A stretch of DNA of 64,000 bases from assembly GCA_050273025.1 (NCBI GenBank), contig CP158635.1, positions 11,904,001 through 11,968,000 of the forward strand, given 5' to 3'. Below are positions 37,250-52,419 of the stretch, piece after piece (the stretch's first letter is position 1; the number at the start of each line of letters is the position of its first letter). The notes under the pieces are model-generated. The model was not told the origin of the DNA and did no database searches. It saw only the letters and a program-made list of their open reading frames with translations. A program made the position numbers and the translations under genes. This DNA comes from Cenococcum geophilum. Its lineage: Eukaryota.

Positions 37250-40200
37250 TGTTGGGAATAAAGGCAAGTGGTCACCATATAAGGCAAATTGCCATTATGG
37301 GTGGCAAGTTGCCGTTACATGCGGCAAGTTGCCGTCATATATCGCCGCGGCAGTAGCGTGGCGAGGAGCCTTAAGCTCCTCGCCCTCCCTAACATATATA
37401 AGAATAATAATTATTATACTATCTATAAACCGTAGCTACGTGATATCCCCTTATATAACTAACACTGATTAGTAATTAACTTTACTATTATATTATAAAA
37501 CAGCTAGGTATTCCACTAAGAAGAGATAAGCTACTATACCAGTGCTACTTGTGCTAGAGGAAGCTGTCTTTTAAGGTTAGAACTGGTCCTAAACCTTAAA
37601 TAGAACTCTTCTATAAATCTAAGGATTTAAAGGCTAGAACTAGTCCTAAGCCTTTTTAAGATTATAGATTCTTATATCTATTACGCAGAATAATACGCTT
37701 TATAAATCTTTATAATTTAAGGCTAGAACTAGTCCTAAGCCCTATAACCGCAAATATATATTATAAACGCGTACTAAATAATAATCCCTATACTAATAAT
37801 ACTTCCCTCCCTTCGAAAATATAGCTACGCCTACCTTAAATAACTAGAAAGACTCCTTATTATTAGGGGTAGCTAAGTATACAAAACTTATTAATAAAGA
37901 TTAGGACGAATTCACCTTTAATATAATAACTTATACCATAAAACAAGTTAACGGCTTTCTCCTATACTATATTATATTTTACTAAAATAGATACTACGCT
38001 AACTTATAACTATAGGAGTATTTTAGGGAGAATTTTATAGGATGGACTGCTAATACCTAGGCACTTCGCAACGTTAATATTATTTAGGACTTTTAAGACT
38101 TCCTTTATAGGAATAGGGTATATATTACTAAGAATGGTAACCTAATTACTAGTAATATTTAGGCCGTTATTACTAGTATAAAGGAACTAATATAGACGGA
38201 AGCTAAGATTATATATTAACTATAGAAACCTAAAAATAACCTATATTCTTCGGAAGGCAACTTTAATTTATATTAAAACCCCTAGAACGCTAACCCCCTA
38301 CCTAAAGCTACTTTCCTACCTAGAGGTACTCTCCTACTTAGAGTTACTTTACCTTTACCTTCTCTACTCTAGCTAACTAGTAAGCCTTTACTATAAGAAG
38401 TTACGAATCTAATAAAGGTATATTTAAATAAAGAGAAGAAGTTTAAAAGAGAACTATATAATATACTTAGAGTAAAATTATAGGTCTTTTATAACTATTA
38501 TAATAAGGTTAAAATTTAACGTTACTAGTACTATTACGCTTTTTCTATTATATTAAAGGGACGGGTGGTAACATTCTATTATAACTATATTATAGGTAAA
38601 AACTATAACTTTAATATAATACTTTAGCTTACTAAAGCCCACTTTAAGACTAATAAGAATCGCTAACTTTATATATCTAAATGGCGGGAGACTGTATTCT
38701 AAAGAGTTATTACTTTTAACCTAATAAAGGCTTATTTAGAGTGCCTTTAACTACTCTTTAATAAACTTTAGAAAATCTAATATAGCCTTACTAAAACTTA
38801 CTAAAATAAGAACAGCCTAAGGGACTAGGTTATCTTAGTATGCTATAGTATTTTTAAGTATAACTTAGTGCTATATAAACCTATGGATATATTTAAAGGA
38901 GTATATACTAAGCTACGCTCTACTATAGGTACTATAATATAAATATAAGAATCTTAATAGTTCTATACTAAAAACCCTACCTAACTAAGTATTCCTAACT
39001 AATATAATTATAACTAGACTAATTAAATATATAGTGGCCGTGGTAGGAAATATGAAAGAGGGTATAATTAACGTTAACTATAAGGTAATTATAGAGGTCC
39101 TTATAGAGGTTTATTTTAAAGTAATTACTAAAAGAAATACTACGTTTATAAGAAGCTAAATTGCTAGTTAACTAGATACTCCCTTAATAAGCAAAAAGAG
39201 GCATATAATAAGTTCTGTTAAAGTATAAAAAGCGTTAAAAATTATAAGGTTATTATGGCCTACTTTTAAAGCTTCCTAGTTTAATATAAAGGCGTAGAAG
39301 ACCTTAAGGGTAAGGTTAATAAGACTAAACAGCTCCTTATAGATATAGAAATTAAGGACTACTTACCTAACTAATACTTTACTAAGTATAGTAAGGTAAA
39401 TGGTATATAAACCGTTGCTATCCTTAATAACTAATCTACGCTCTATTCTATTACAAAGTTAAATATCTTTAATAAGCTAAAGGAGAGCTCCGCGTTTTCC
39501 TTTAACGATAAATACTTAGTAAACGTCTTCTATAGTATTATACCGGATACTAGAGCCGTAGGAGTATCTATAGTAGGAGAACCTTAAGTTTAAGCCCTTT
39601 AGTAGCTTAATAGCTCTATTTAGATTAACTATTTAACGGCAGGCTAGTATATAATTAATTTTGGTAAAGGTACTATAATCTCTCTTAGCATAATTTGGGT
39701 TTAAACCCCCTTAGGGTATATTAGTTTTTACGTTATTTCTATAAATACTCCGTTTCTATTTTGCATTAAAGATATAAATAAGTTAAGCGTTAGGCTTAAC
39801 AACCTTAAGAATATATTTATTTAGGGAGACAATTAGGTACCTATTATGCGCAAGTAGGGTTACCCTTAATTGCTCCTTTATTAACTAAAAAAGAGTATTA
39901 CTTAGAGCCACTTAACTAAGTTGGAATTACGCCAACTATACCGTTGTTTTGGCCACCTATCTATTTATTAATTACGTAGGGTTCTTTAGTAAGTAGGCTA
40001 TAAAGTTACGATTAAGGTAATTAAGCATCTTATAAAGTATTACTATTACTGCTAAATAAATTAGAAGTCCCCTAGCCGATTTAAGTTCACCCTTAAGAAT
40101 AACTATAACTTTAACTTTTATATTATTATTAACGTTATATATCTTAGCGGCAAGTTAGTGCTCTAAGTTATTAACTTCTTAACCTTTTTCTAAGCCGCGC

Positions 40201-43200
40201 GTTTCTTAAAAGATATATTAGCCAGAAATGCATAGGAGACCCTTTAATTATGCTAGATTAATATCTATTTAGGACCCCCTAATTAAATCGTCTATAATAT
40301 AGGAAAGAACTTTTTATCTATAGAGTTTTAATAATAGATAAAGGTAATAGTAATTAAGGTTAAGGAAGTCCCTAATAAGGCATATAATAGTATTAAAAAA
40401 GTAGAACAATGTTACGCGCTATTACGCCATATATATAAGATTATCTCCTTAAAACTAAAAAATGCTAGTAAAAAACTTACCTTATAAATAGCTGTTAAAG
40501 CTATTAATAATTCCGCTAGCCTAGATAGACTTATACCTATATTACTAGTCTTTAGCGCCTACCCTTAAATAACTAACAATTCTTTACTATTTCCCTCTAT
40601 TATATAATAAGTTAAGGCTATTCGCAAGGCAATAAAGAAGATATAACGTCTCTACGCTATACGCTAGGTTAACGACGTACTAGGAATAAGAAATAGCCTA
40701 AATACCTTAACTACGCTTAATCTGCTACTTTAGTCTAAGGTATACATATAGCGTAAAAAGGGAGAATGGTTAGGCCTACACTAACTTATTATAATTAATA
40801 GTTAAACTTATACTATTTAGATGCCTTATAGACCTACTTAATTCCGTTTAACTATTATTAAGCCTTATTATAAAGATAATAATTCTAAGCCTTTATAGGA
40901 TGCCCTAGAAGATGCCCTAGAAGAAAACTACGGTTAATATACTCTAAAAGGCGACTATAATCCCAATATAATTGTAGTAGATGCGCTATAACTATAACGC
41001 GGCAGAGGTCGCCTAAAGGAATTACGAAATCGCTAATATCTTATTAATTTTAAAGAATAATTTATTACCGCCATTAAGAATAAAGTTAAGTTATTAATAG
41101 CCTTTATAATAGCTAAGGAGAAGGCTAACTTTAAACTCGTAAAATAGCTTTAAAAGAAAGGTTATATTATAACTCTAGGAGCTCCTTTCTAAGCATCTAA
41201 TAAGTAGGAGATTAATAGTCTTATTATAAGAGGAGTCTTTAAATTTAAGAAGTATAACCTTACTAAGTTTAATGGAGTTCGCATCTTTAAGTTAAGGATA
41301 GTTAATAAGATTAAGGGTAAAGCTACTAACGCCCTATTTAAGAAATTAAGGCTTATTATCTAAGGCTACAATAACAATAATAAGGAGGTAATTCTTATAT
41401 AGTCTTCTATAATTTAACAAGCTAGTTAGTAAGTTATTATTACGCTAGCTTCCTCTTTAATAAAGAATAGAATAGCGGTTTATTTATAAGATATTACTTA
41501 AGCCTATACCCAATTAGAGACGCACCTTTAGCGCTTAATATTAGCATACCTTTTAGAGTAAATTCGCCACCAGTATCCTAAAGATATAATTATAGTTATA
41601 CTTAAGCCATTATATAGGATCGCAGAGGTAGGAACTTACTAGTAGGCTACCTATAGCAAGCGCTATAAAGAGAAGCTTTTAATAACTACTTCTATATTTA
41701 ATCCCTACTTCCTTATTATAACTATAGGAACTCCATTTAGAATTATTGGTATATAAACTAATAATATAATTATCTTAGGAAACGATTAATTCTTAGCTCT
41801 TAAAGAAGACGAGCTAGTAAAGGTAAATCTTATAGCAAAGCCAAAGGAAAAGCTTAGTTTAATAACACTATTACTCTTTAATAAATGCATCCTCTCCCTA
41901 AACAAGGATTCTATTACTCTGCGCTAAAAGGGTTAAGGTAAGAAGATTAACGTTATTAACGCTAATTCTCTAAAGTAAGGATATATAGAGTAACGCGCTT
42001 ATAAAGCTTATATTGCTTCTATCTATTAACCTAAGGCTTTATTTAATCTTTCTATTACCGCCTAATACTAGAAACTAACTAAGGATAATATCCTTGCCCT
42101 AAATAAGCGTCTTTTCTAGCAAATAAACCATTTTAATTAGGGACTACTCTATATGCCTATTAATCTTCCTACCGCTAAGCTCTTTATATTTATTAATGGA
42201 TTATTTATAAATAATAATGATTTTAGCTCCTAGTTAGGATATAAGATTATTATCACAAAAAAATTTACTTAAGAGAATAACTTTATAATCTATAGCAATC
42301 TTATCTATTAGAGCTTAATTAAGAGTAAGCGCGTTACCTAAAGTATTTTAGCGTTAGAGATATATAGAATAGTTAGCGAAGTTAATATAGTAATTGCAAT
42401 TAGAACTACCCTAAAGATAATTATAGATTAACTTAAACTTCCTATTATCCCTATAATTATATACACCGACTTATATTCCCTCTATAAGTATTTAGTTAAG
42501 CTTGGTACTATAAAGGAGAAGCGCCTTATAATTAATATTATAGCACTTTAGTAATTCTATAAGCGTTAAAAACTCTTTAAGATTTAATAAATTAATAGCT
42601 AAGATAACCTAGTAGATGTAATAATAAAGGCGAACCCAAACAAGGCACTAGAGACGTTTATTAACACGAATACTCTATATATATAAGTTAAAGGTTAGGT
42701 TAAAAGGGAGTCCTTAGAAATTTCTTAGTTACGTAAAGTCTTAAGATATTTAGGAACTTTAACTAGCGGTTAAAGTTATCTAATTAGTTAAATTCTCTTG
42801 CTAAGACTTTTTAGAGTATAATATTCTATAAACCCTAACTTAACCTAGCTAATTAGAATTTTTCATCCCTGGGATAGAAAATCGCTATTAGCTTACTTAC
42901 TATTAGCGCCTTAGCGGCCCTCTAAATAAGATATCTACCTATAACTCCTAAGTAAGAAAGTACTACGTGCTAAGAGGCAAATTTTGGGATAGTGAGACTT
43001 ATATTATAATAGTAATAGTAAGTAAAAAGGATTAATATTTGCTACGCTAGGTAAGCGGTATATATATATATAGATAGCAACCATAAAAGAAGAGTTACTA
43101 GTGTTGGGAATAAAGATAAGTGGTTACTATATAAGGCAAATTGCTATTATAGGTGGCAAGTTGCCATTACATGCGGCAAGTTGCCGTCACGTGTCGCCGC

Positions 43201-43316
43201 AGCAGTAGCGTAGCGAGGAGCCTTAAGCTCCTCGCCCTCCCTAACATATATAAGAACAACAATTATTATACTATCTACGAACCGTAGCTACGTGATATCC
43301 CCTTATATAACCAACA
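37250..43316 (+). mobile_element. Ty1/Copia element, copy 3, full length, RIP-inactivated
   Basis: 215-bp LTRs 37250-37464 and 43102-43316 (TGTTGG...AACA). TSD aatag. Colinear with copy 1. Confidence 0.96.
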
Positions 43317-44074
43317 AATAGTATTACTAGTGTTATTCCCTAAGGTTCTATTATCACTACGCTACTTTTAGCTGCCGTTTTTTTACGGTGTTGCATTTCC
43401 ACTAGACTCTCTATTATTATTAATATTCTCTTAAGTTGGCTTAAGCGTGCTATAAAGCGTTTCTATAATAGGATAATTATAGAATTTGCGAATATATTTA
43501 ACTATATATAATTAAACTTTCTGCTAATTATTATCTATAGTAGCTCTCCTATATATCCTTTTATAGGGTAACCAAAAGTTAGGATAAAATATATTGCTAG
43601 TATCTTAAGACCTAATTTAGTTCGCGTTATAAAATATAAGCCTCGCGCTACCTTTATTCGTATTATCGTTTATTAAGGAGGTGACCGCGGTAACGATTAT
43701 ATTATAGAAAGTAGTATTACGCTAATCTCTCCCCATATCCTAGACTTAAGGATCCTATATATTAAGATCTAAGTTATATTTAGAGAAACGCCATTATATT
43801 AAAATGCTGCTTATACTACTTCCTAGATCTATATAGTTAGCACAGAAATTATTTAGCCATCTATTTAGATTAAAGTTAGTTATATTTTAAATTTCTTATA
43901 ATCTCTATTTTCCTTCTTTAAAGATATGCCAAATTTTAGGATAAATGTAAAATAACTTACTAAGTAATCTATCCCTGTCCTAATTCCTTATTATAGCACT
44001 TTCTTTATAAGGAGGTAGTGGTGGAGTAGTACGTTCTGTATTAGGAGATAGTAAAAAAGTACCTACTCTGCTAG

Positions 44075-47000
44075 TGTAATAGAACCTTATAGCAGTAACT
44101 ACAATAGGTTCTATTAATAGGCTAGGTATGTAGGTATTGCAGGAAGTCAATAACGTAATAATAACTGGTGGAGTAGTTGCCTAACAGATTAACTCTAATT
44201 GTATTTTAAGAATTACTATAAGAAAGGAACTATCTAGGTAGGGACTAAGGGTCCTTAAATATACAACTGTACTCTTATAAAATCCTTCTTATATATAATA
44301 TACGTGTTATATATAATGTATGTAATATATACTGCGTATACTGCGTATAACATTATATAACTCGCTTACTATTCTTCGTTATATAGTTCTATGGGTTCTA
44401 TCCTAGACTGTGCTTATATTAACTAACTAGCTTCTTCTAACTTCTCTCTAAGTAGTTATAATATTGTACTTAAAGCGTTTATAATACTATCTCCCTCCTC
44501 TTTATCTTCGTCCTTAAAGATACCTAGTATCTCTAAGTTGTTTACTAGAGGTGTAATATCCGTCTAATTAATTTAGTTAATATTGTTACTTATTATACCT
44601 AAAGCCTCTTCTTCTTTATAAGCGTAACGTCGTGCCCGTACTGTTGCTGTAATATTATTGCTTGGTAAAATAATACTATCTCTATATTCTTATTATATAA
44701 AAGAGGGGTTAGTATATATTACGTTGGCAAGTCCTTTATCTTAATAATCCTCTTTTTATTTAAAGTGCACTAAAGCAAACGTTTAATTATTCTACGATAT
44801 TTACTCTACTTCTAACGCTAAGTATACGCGTCCTATAACTCTTAATAGTCTTTAAGTTCCCTAAGTAATTTATTATAGGGTTTTATATTTAATCCGCTGC
44901 TATAAAGCTTAATAGTAACCTAGTATAGGCCCTTATAAAGCTTAAGTATTCTTAAAATGCGGAACAAAAGGCTCTAGATACCCGCATTACGGCATTTACC
45001 TATCTACTTTGTCTTAAGAAAGTTCGTAAGAAGGTTTGTTTTAAAGAGTGGAAACTTATAGAATAAGATTTACAGGAACTTGGTAATAAAAAAACGGATT
45101 CTCTTCTAATAGAGAAGGAAATAACTCTAAGTAGTTTAGCAGTCGCTCTTCCTAGGTCCCCTTTAGGTAACTTATTCTTTGGTAATTCCCCTTTATTAAT
45201 ATTACCTAACCTTTTCTCTTTTAATACTCCTATACCTTTCCTATAGCGTTTTTTAGGTTCTCTAGTAGTTTCTAGGTAGTCTTATTATAGCCTATCTACT
45301 TTACTTTATACTATATTTTATTATCTATATCCTTATAATTAATGATCTTTAAAACTTATTATTTATCTTCTTTTTATCCTCTATATATATCTACTTTGTA
45401 AACCAGTGGCTTAATATTCCTGTGTGCTAGCTCTAGTATTATAATATACTATATAGGGTAGATCTTTATTCTAGCTAGTAGATTTAACTTAAATATAACT
45501 AATAAAATTTTCTGCGTAATTTTAAAAGGTCCTAGTCTAACATAGTCTAACTTCTTACTTAGTTGTTAACTTTTAAAAATTTTGTGTAGTAGCTATACTT
45601 TATCTCCCTCCTTAAGATCTAGTCCCTTAGATCTCTTAGTATTGTAGTACCTTTTCATTCTTTACTATACTACCTTAGCTATTTCCGTAAGGTTTGTATA
45701 AAGATTTATTAATATCTTTATTCTTTCTTTAGCTGTGCTACTTATTTTCTTTACTTGCTGTAGTAATAATAATGTTCTTAGCTTATATCTATAATTTGCC
45801 TTAAATAGTAATATGCCTATTCCTTTTTAGGGTGTTGTATTATATACAAACTATATAACTAGTAATAGTAATACCTAATTATTCTGTATGTGATTAATAT
45901 AATACCTTAAATACTATTCTAGTGTCTAATTTAATTTTTCCATTTAACCGTCTATCTGTGGATAATACGCGGTAGAAGTTACTGCTTAAACTCCTTACTC
46001 TGCTAAGAATACTTTTTAGAATACTGCTATAAATCTTAGATCTCTATCTAATATAATTTTGCTTAATACTCTATGTCTTATAAACACTTCTTTAATATAA
46101 ATTCTAGCGATATCTTCCGCTGATATTTCTTCTGTATATGCTATAAAGTATCCCTACTTTATAAGCTTATCTACTATTACTAAAATTACGTTATAATCTT
46201 ATCCAGTAATAGGATTTCTTAACTTTAGTAACTTAATAATAAAGTCCTATAATATAACCTCCTATAGTCTCTCTAGTATTTTAACTGGTTATAGCCCTCT
46301 ATATAGCTTATACCTTATTAGTTTATTCCTTTAGTAATCTAAATATTTTTTTATAACTTGCCTAGCTAATTCCTAGATTATATTAATAATATACTTCTCT
46401 TAAAGTCTTAACACTAAGCCTATGGCTCTATTATGTCCTTATGTTGGTCCTTTATAAAATAACTTAATAAACTTCTTTATAATAGATCTTAGTACGTATA
46501 TTACCTCTTAATTTTTGTACTGCTCTAAGTCTAGATCCTTTGTTTATATGTCTAGGATCTTTTATATCTAATTACTCTCTAGTAATTCGTAGATCTTCTC
46601 TTCTTATATTACTATAATCTTCGGATAATTATACCTAATTAATCCGTCTGTGTCTTTCCGCAGTAAAGCCCCTAATAGCTTTTCGTTGCTTTATAGTTTA
46701 GCCTTTTTACTTAGAGCATCTACTCGTGCGTTATCTGTACCCTTAATATACTAAATCTTAAAATGGTATTTTATAAGCATCTCTGCCTATCTAACCTATC
46801 TATAATTAAGTTCTTTTGTTATTAGGAACCCTATTAGATTCTTATAATCCGTCTTAACTATAAATAGTTTTTCTATACCTTATAAAAATAATCTCTATTC
46901 CTTTAATGCTATAACTATACCTAACAACTCCTTATTATAGATGTTATAGTTTAGTTCTAGTAATATTATTTTTTAACTGTAATATGCTACTAGGTGCTAT

Positions 47001-50000
47001 CTATCTTAATATTTCTATAGGAAGCACGCTTCTAGTATATAGTCTAATATATCCGTCTTAACTACTATCTCTAACTATAGTTAATAGATCTTAAGAACTG
47101 GCTCCTGGGTAAATAACTGTTTAATCTTCTTAAACAGTTCCTTTTATTCCTCTCTCTATACCCATAGTTCTTCTTTCTTTATTAATTTTATAAGTAGCTT
47201 AATGTCCTTTAACTATTAAGCTATAAACCTTCTATAGTAATTGCAGAACCCTAAAAATAACCTTAACTGCGTTATATTTTCTAGTTCTTACTAATTTACT
47301 ATAGCCTCAATCTTCTTTAGATCTATACTAAGTTAGCCTAGTTTAATAATAAATTTAATAAAATTGGTCTTCCTGGTAAAGAACTCGCATTTCTTAATTA
47401 CTACTAGCATCTATTCTTCTTATAGTCTCTTTAAGACCCATTTAACGTGTTCTTTATGTTCTTCCTTATTTATTAAGTAGATAATAATATTATTAAGATA
47501 TACTATAATAAATTCATCTAAGTGCTCTCTTAATATATTATTAATACGCTTCTAAAACGTTGCTAGTACGTTTATAAGCCCGAATTGCATAACTAGTAGT
47601 TTATATAGTTCTTCCTTTAACCTAAAGGCTGCCTTCTATTTATTGCCTTCCTTAATCCTAATCTAATAGTACGCCTATCTTAGATCTATCTTTATAAAGA
47701 TTTACATATTACCAATCCTGTCTTAGATTTCGCTAATTAAGGGTAAAGGATACCTATCCTTTTGAGTAATGCTGTTTAACTATTTATAGTTAATGTATAG
47801 CCTAAGTTTTCCATTCTTCTTTAGTACGAATAGTACTAAATATCCTGCTAATAACTGTAATGGTCTAATGTATCCTTTTTAAAGATTTTTCTAAATAAAC
47901 TCCTTAAGTGCTCTACCTTCTTCTTTAGTAAGCTTATAGATTGGAAAGAACCTTAGACTTATTCCTAGTTCTAATTCTATTTTATAGTCCTATGCTGTAT
48001 ATTCTAATAGCTTTTTACTTTTTGGTAACCATAGTTTCTTACTATACTTATGGTATCTCTTTAGTATATAACTTAATCCCTAATTAGTCTCCTTATATAT
48101 TGCTCCGACTTAGTACTATACTAACTTGGTTTACTATTATATTTTATAGCGTTAAGTATCTCTAATATTAACCTAACTGGTAATCTAATTAATCTTTGGA
48201 TTATATTCTTATAACTAAGGCATTCCTAATACTGCTTTATTATTCCCTAATGGTAATATATTAAAAGACATTTTAACTTATCTCCCTTTAATAGTTATCT
48301 AAATTAGTCCTGTTTTAAGATTAATAATGCCTCCTCTATAGGCTATTAGATCTCCTAAAATTGTTACTAATAGATAAGGGTGCTCTTTTTACCTGTATGA
48401 TAACCCTATTCTTTTAACTACTATTAATAAGATATAGTTTCGTGTTGCTTTACTATCTACTAACGCTTCGAACTATTAATCTTGCTAATTAACTTTTAGT
48501 TTTAGGTATTATCCTTAAATTCCTTTAAGGGTCTAAGGCTCTACTACTAGCTCCCTCTGGTCCTATGGGCCTCTACTTTTCCTAACTATTGGCTGCTTAA
48601 TCCTGTCGCACTTAGCTCGTTCTTTAGCTAATACCTAGTTCGTTTCTTATCTTTAATATACTATAGATATATGTTTTCTAGGCATTCCTACTACTATTAT
48701 CCATCTAAGCATTCTTCTATAAGAAATCTTCCTGGTTAAAGTATTAAATCTCCTTCCTCTTAGACTTCTGCTAGATGCTAGCCGTATATATACTTGGCAT
48801 TTCTATACTATTATTTATCTATTATCTAATATATCCTTATAGGGTATTTCTAATTCTTTTCCTTTAGATTCTTATGCATTTCGTATATATTATCCATGTA
48901 TACAATCTATAATAGCGTGTAGTATGCTAGGTGCTTTAGGTTAACTCTTAGCTCGTCTTTATCCTTAAGTTTAAACCTTTATCGTGCTAATCTAAACGTT
49001 ACGGCTTTATTCGCGGGTACTAAAATACGTCTCTTACCTCTTTAGTCCTCTAATTGTTCCTTTAGATCCTTTAACGTTATAATTAAGGCTCCTTTAATAT
49101 AAGTTATAGCCTTTTCCGTAATTAGGTGGTCCTAAATAACTTTTTTATCTAACTATATATAGAAATCTTCCTACTTATTATTATGTCGCTGTCTATACCA
49201 CTTTTAGTATAGCTATTAGAGTGTATACGGCTTATCCGTAAGGAAGTATCTTCTTATTACTACGTTATAACAGCCTTTTATGTGTCGTTCTTTAAACCTA
49301 GTTAGAATCCCTAGATCCTCTTTATTTTCCAGTTTAGTAAGCCACTTAGCTTTTAGTGTGCCTGCTCTTAGCCTATTAATAATTCTTTATATAGGTGCTC
49401 TGTCCCTTATACGACCTAGTGTATTAGATCTTATATCTAGTTTCTTTTCTTACTATACGAGGATTCTTGCTCTAAACTTATTTATAGTTTCTTATCGTTT
49501 ACGTCTTGCAATTAAATCTTTGAAGTTCTTTTACTTCTTAATCGCCGTATTAACTTTTTAATCTTTAGGTTGAACACTATATTCGCCTAGTAAGTCTTTT
49601 AGGTCTATATATCTATCTCCTAGTCTAATTACTATTTGTACTACAGATTCTCTAATTTATAAAAAAGCTCCTTACCTCTTGCTTATAGGTGTCCTAATTT
49701 ATACTCTAAATTCTTAATCCCTTGGATTCTTTAACCCTAAGCTTACTTCTAACTTAAGCTTAGCTCCAGCCTTAGTCTAACTAGGCTTTATTAGTGTTCT
49801 TATCTTATCTTAAAAGTCTTAAATCTTACTTATCTCGTCTTAAGAGTCTTATACCTTTAGGAAACTTCGTCCTAAGCTTATTCGTATATTACTAAACTAA
49901 GCCGTTGCTCTATCCTATTGGTTTTCGTCCGTTATAGGTCCTTAAGCGTGCCTTATCTCGTCTTAAGAATCTTAAGCCTGTGGCCTTTTGCCTTTATTAA

Positions 50001-52034
50001 GTAGTGAGCTAGCACTAGTAGTTATCTGCTTGCTTAATTATCTTTAGATATTACTCCTTCCGTTTTATAAAGTAATGGATGCCGTATTTAACGGTGTTAT
50101 AATACCCATTACTAAACCTTACTCTATAGCGGTCTCAGTCTCTACTTCTATTACGTTATTAAGGTTTGGATACCCCTAGTTAGTTCCTTTACTATCCTTA
50201 TTGCTATTAATTAATAAGTACTCCAACTCCATTGTTATTATTACTAATCGTTATCCGCATGTTACTATAATATCTTAATCCAGCTTATAGAGTTAATCTT
50301 GTTCTTTATCTAACTCTTTAGTTTCTTTAAGTCCTATTAACTCTGGCTCCTATAGCCAATAGCTTACACCGTATTTGGCGTCTTTATAAATTTGGCATAC
50401 GTTATTATAATAAAACGTAAAACTTTTAATTAAACATTCTTTTATTCCTTATAGTGCACTATCATCCCTCTATACGTGTGTGTTACCTACTATTAGTCTA
50501 GTTCCCTTTACTATGTAATAACTCTAACTACTTCTATAGTCTTTGGCGAAATAACCCTATTTTCCGTAATTTATATAAGCTTTATCTTTAAACTATTACT
50601 TTTGCTATAGAGTCCGCTTAAACGTCTTTTGCTACTAAGATCCTTAGTTTAGCCTATGCTCCTTAGTCCTATAATTACTTAATCCTTAACCTTTAGGTTT
50701 CCATAGTTTTTTACTCCATCTCTTATAGGTTTCTTTAGTACTACTTAGGTTTATTAGCTCTACGCTATACTATAGTTTCTAACTTAGCTTTAGTTGTTAT
50801 ATGCTTTACGTTTTATATAATTATAGAACTCTATCCTAACCTCTCTTAGTTTGTTCCCTTTGGTAGATCCTATTATTAATCTTTATTACTTAATCTATTA
50901 ATTCCCTTAGGGTGTTCGCATCTTCTATTAGAATAATTACGTCCTAGACTTTAGCCTTAAGTCCCTGTTTATACTGTGCTATAAGCGCCCTATTATTCTA
51001 CTTAACTTATATTGCTAATATTTGAAACTATATTATGTACTTAATTACTAAGGTTCGCTATATAATATCTTAGAGTTTTCTTTCTACCGTGGTTATTGCC
51101 TTTAGGTCTCCAAACATTTATATAAGTCGTTCTATAAATCCTTCCTAGCTTAAAAATATAAATCGTACTTCCTAGTTTATAGTTATTATTCCGTTTACTT
51201 ATATCTCTGTAAGGTAAGGCTTAAACCATTTAAGTGCCCTTCCTGTTAAGAACAGTCCTGTATACGCTATTCGATCTATAGGTATTACTAGCTTTACTCC
51301 CTCCTGTGCTACCTTAAAGTGCATTTACGTAAGGAATCCTTTAAGCTTTAATCTCTCTCCTAAGAATCTTTTAATTAATAGTAACTTAATCTTTACTGCG
51401 CCTATCCCGTTAATCTTATTTTCAAGTGCTGTATTATTTTCTATTAACTAGTTAACTATTTCCTGTAATTATTCTACCGTTACAGGTTATTACGAGTCAG
51501 TGTCCGCTATACTAGTATCACCCCTTAACCTTAAAGTAGTTGCCACCGTCAATGGCGTCGTGGTAGCTACTTTTAGTGGTATGTTATTTAACTTCTTAAG
51601 ACCGTAACTATGGTAGTAATTATGTAACGGAATCTTGTAGTAGTAACTATAATGGGTTCTGTTAATAGGCTAGGTATATAGGTATTGCAGGAAGTTAACA
51701 ACGTAATAATAACTGGTGGAGTGGTTGCCTAATAGATTAACTCTAATTATATTCTAAGAATTACTATAAGGAAGGAACTATCTAGGTAGGGACTAAGGGT
51801 CCTTAAATACACAACTGTACTCCTATAAAATCCTTCTTATATGTAATATACGTGTTATACATAATGTACGTAATGTACACTGCGTACACTGCGTATAACA
51901 TTATGTGACTTACTTACCATTCTTCGTCACATAGTTCCACGGGTTCCATCCTGGACCGTGCTTATATTAACTAACTAGCTTCTTCTAACTCCTCTCCAAG
52001 TAGTCGTAATATTGTACTTAAAGCGTTCGTAACA
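44075..52034 (-). mobile_element. Ty3/Gypsy element C, full length (~8 kb), RIP-inactivated
   Basis: 412-bp LTRs 44075-44486 and 51623-52034. TSD gctag. PPT agaggagggagatag next to the left LTR. Minus-strand zinc knuckle CINCGKQGHFAKDC ~50575-50520, protease ALVDSGA ~48460, RT VYLDDIIIY ~47500, RNase H ~47060, integrase ~46450-45800, chromodomain-like ~45360-45240. Confidence 0.95.
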
Positions 52035-52287
52035 GCTAGGAGTTGGGGATAGTACATAAACTTCGCGCTAACTTCTATACATTAGAACCAAATTTCTATA
52101 TTTAGGACACCTATTTACTAAACTACCGTATTTAATGCAGTCTTAATAGAGCCTATAGTTATATAGTAAGACTGCTAATAAAGTACTCTATATTAGTCTA
52201 TCTCTATATATAAAGCACTCTATTTTATTTTTATTTAATATTATATAATCCTTCTCTTCTAACTCTAGTGGACGACTTATAATACTT

Positions 52288-52419
52288 ATAGACTAGGTAT
52301 CTGTTATTAAAACCACTACGCTAGATATAGTCCTAGTGTATAGTATAGCTACATTATATATATCTAGAATCTCTGTCTATTAATACCAAATTACTTATAG
52401 CCTAATAATAAAAGTTATA
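52288..52419 (-). pseudogene. RING-H2 zinc finger of a RIP-killed gene (full extent unresolved, roughly 52050-53200)
   Basis: Literal YNFYY*AISNLVLIDRDSRYI*CSYTIH*DYI*RSGFNNRYLVY de-RIPs to C-x2-C-x18-C-G-H-x2-H-x2-C-x9-C-P-V-C. Six of eight ligands need a RIP reversal. Confidence 0.6.

Noticed and set aside
30972..49561. Supplied ORFs at 30972, 37147 and 49280
   Set aside because: They overlap LTRs or LTR junctions or are antisense to Gypsy C, and show no recognisable protein features.
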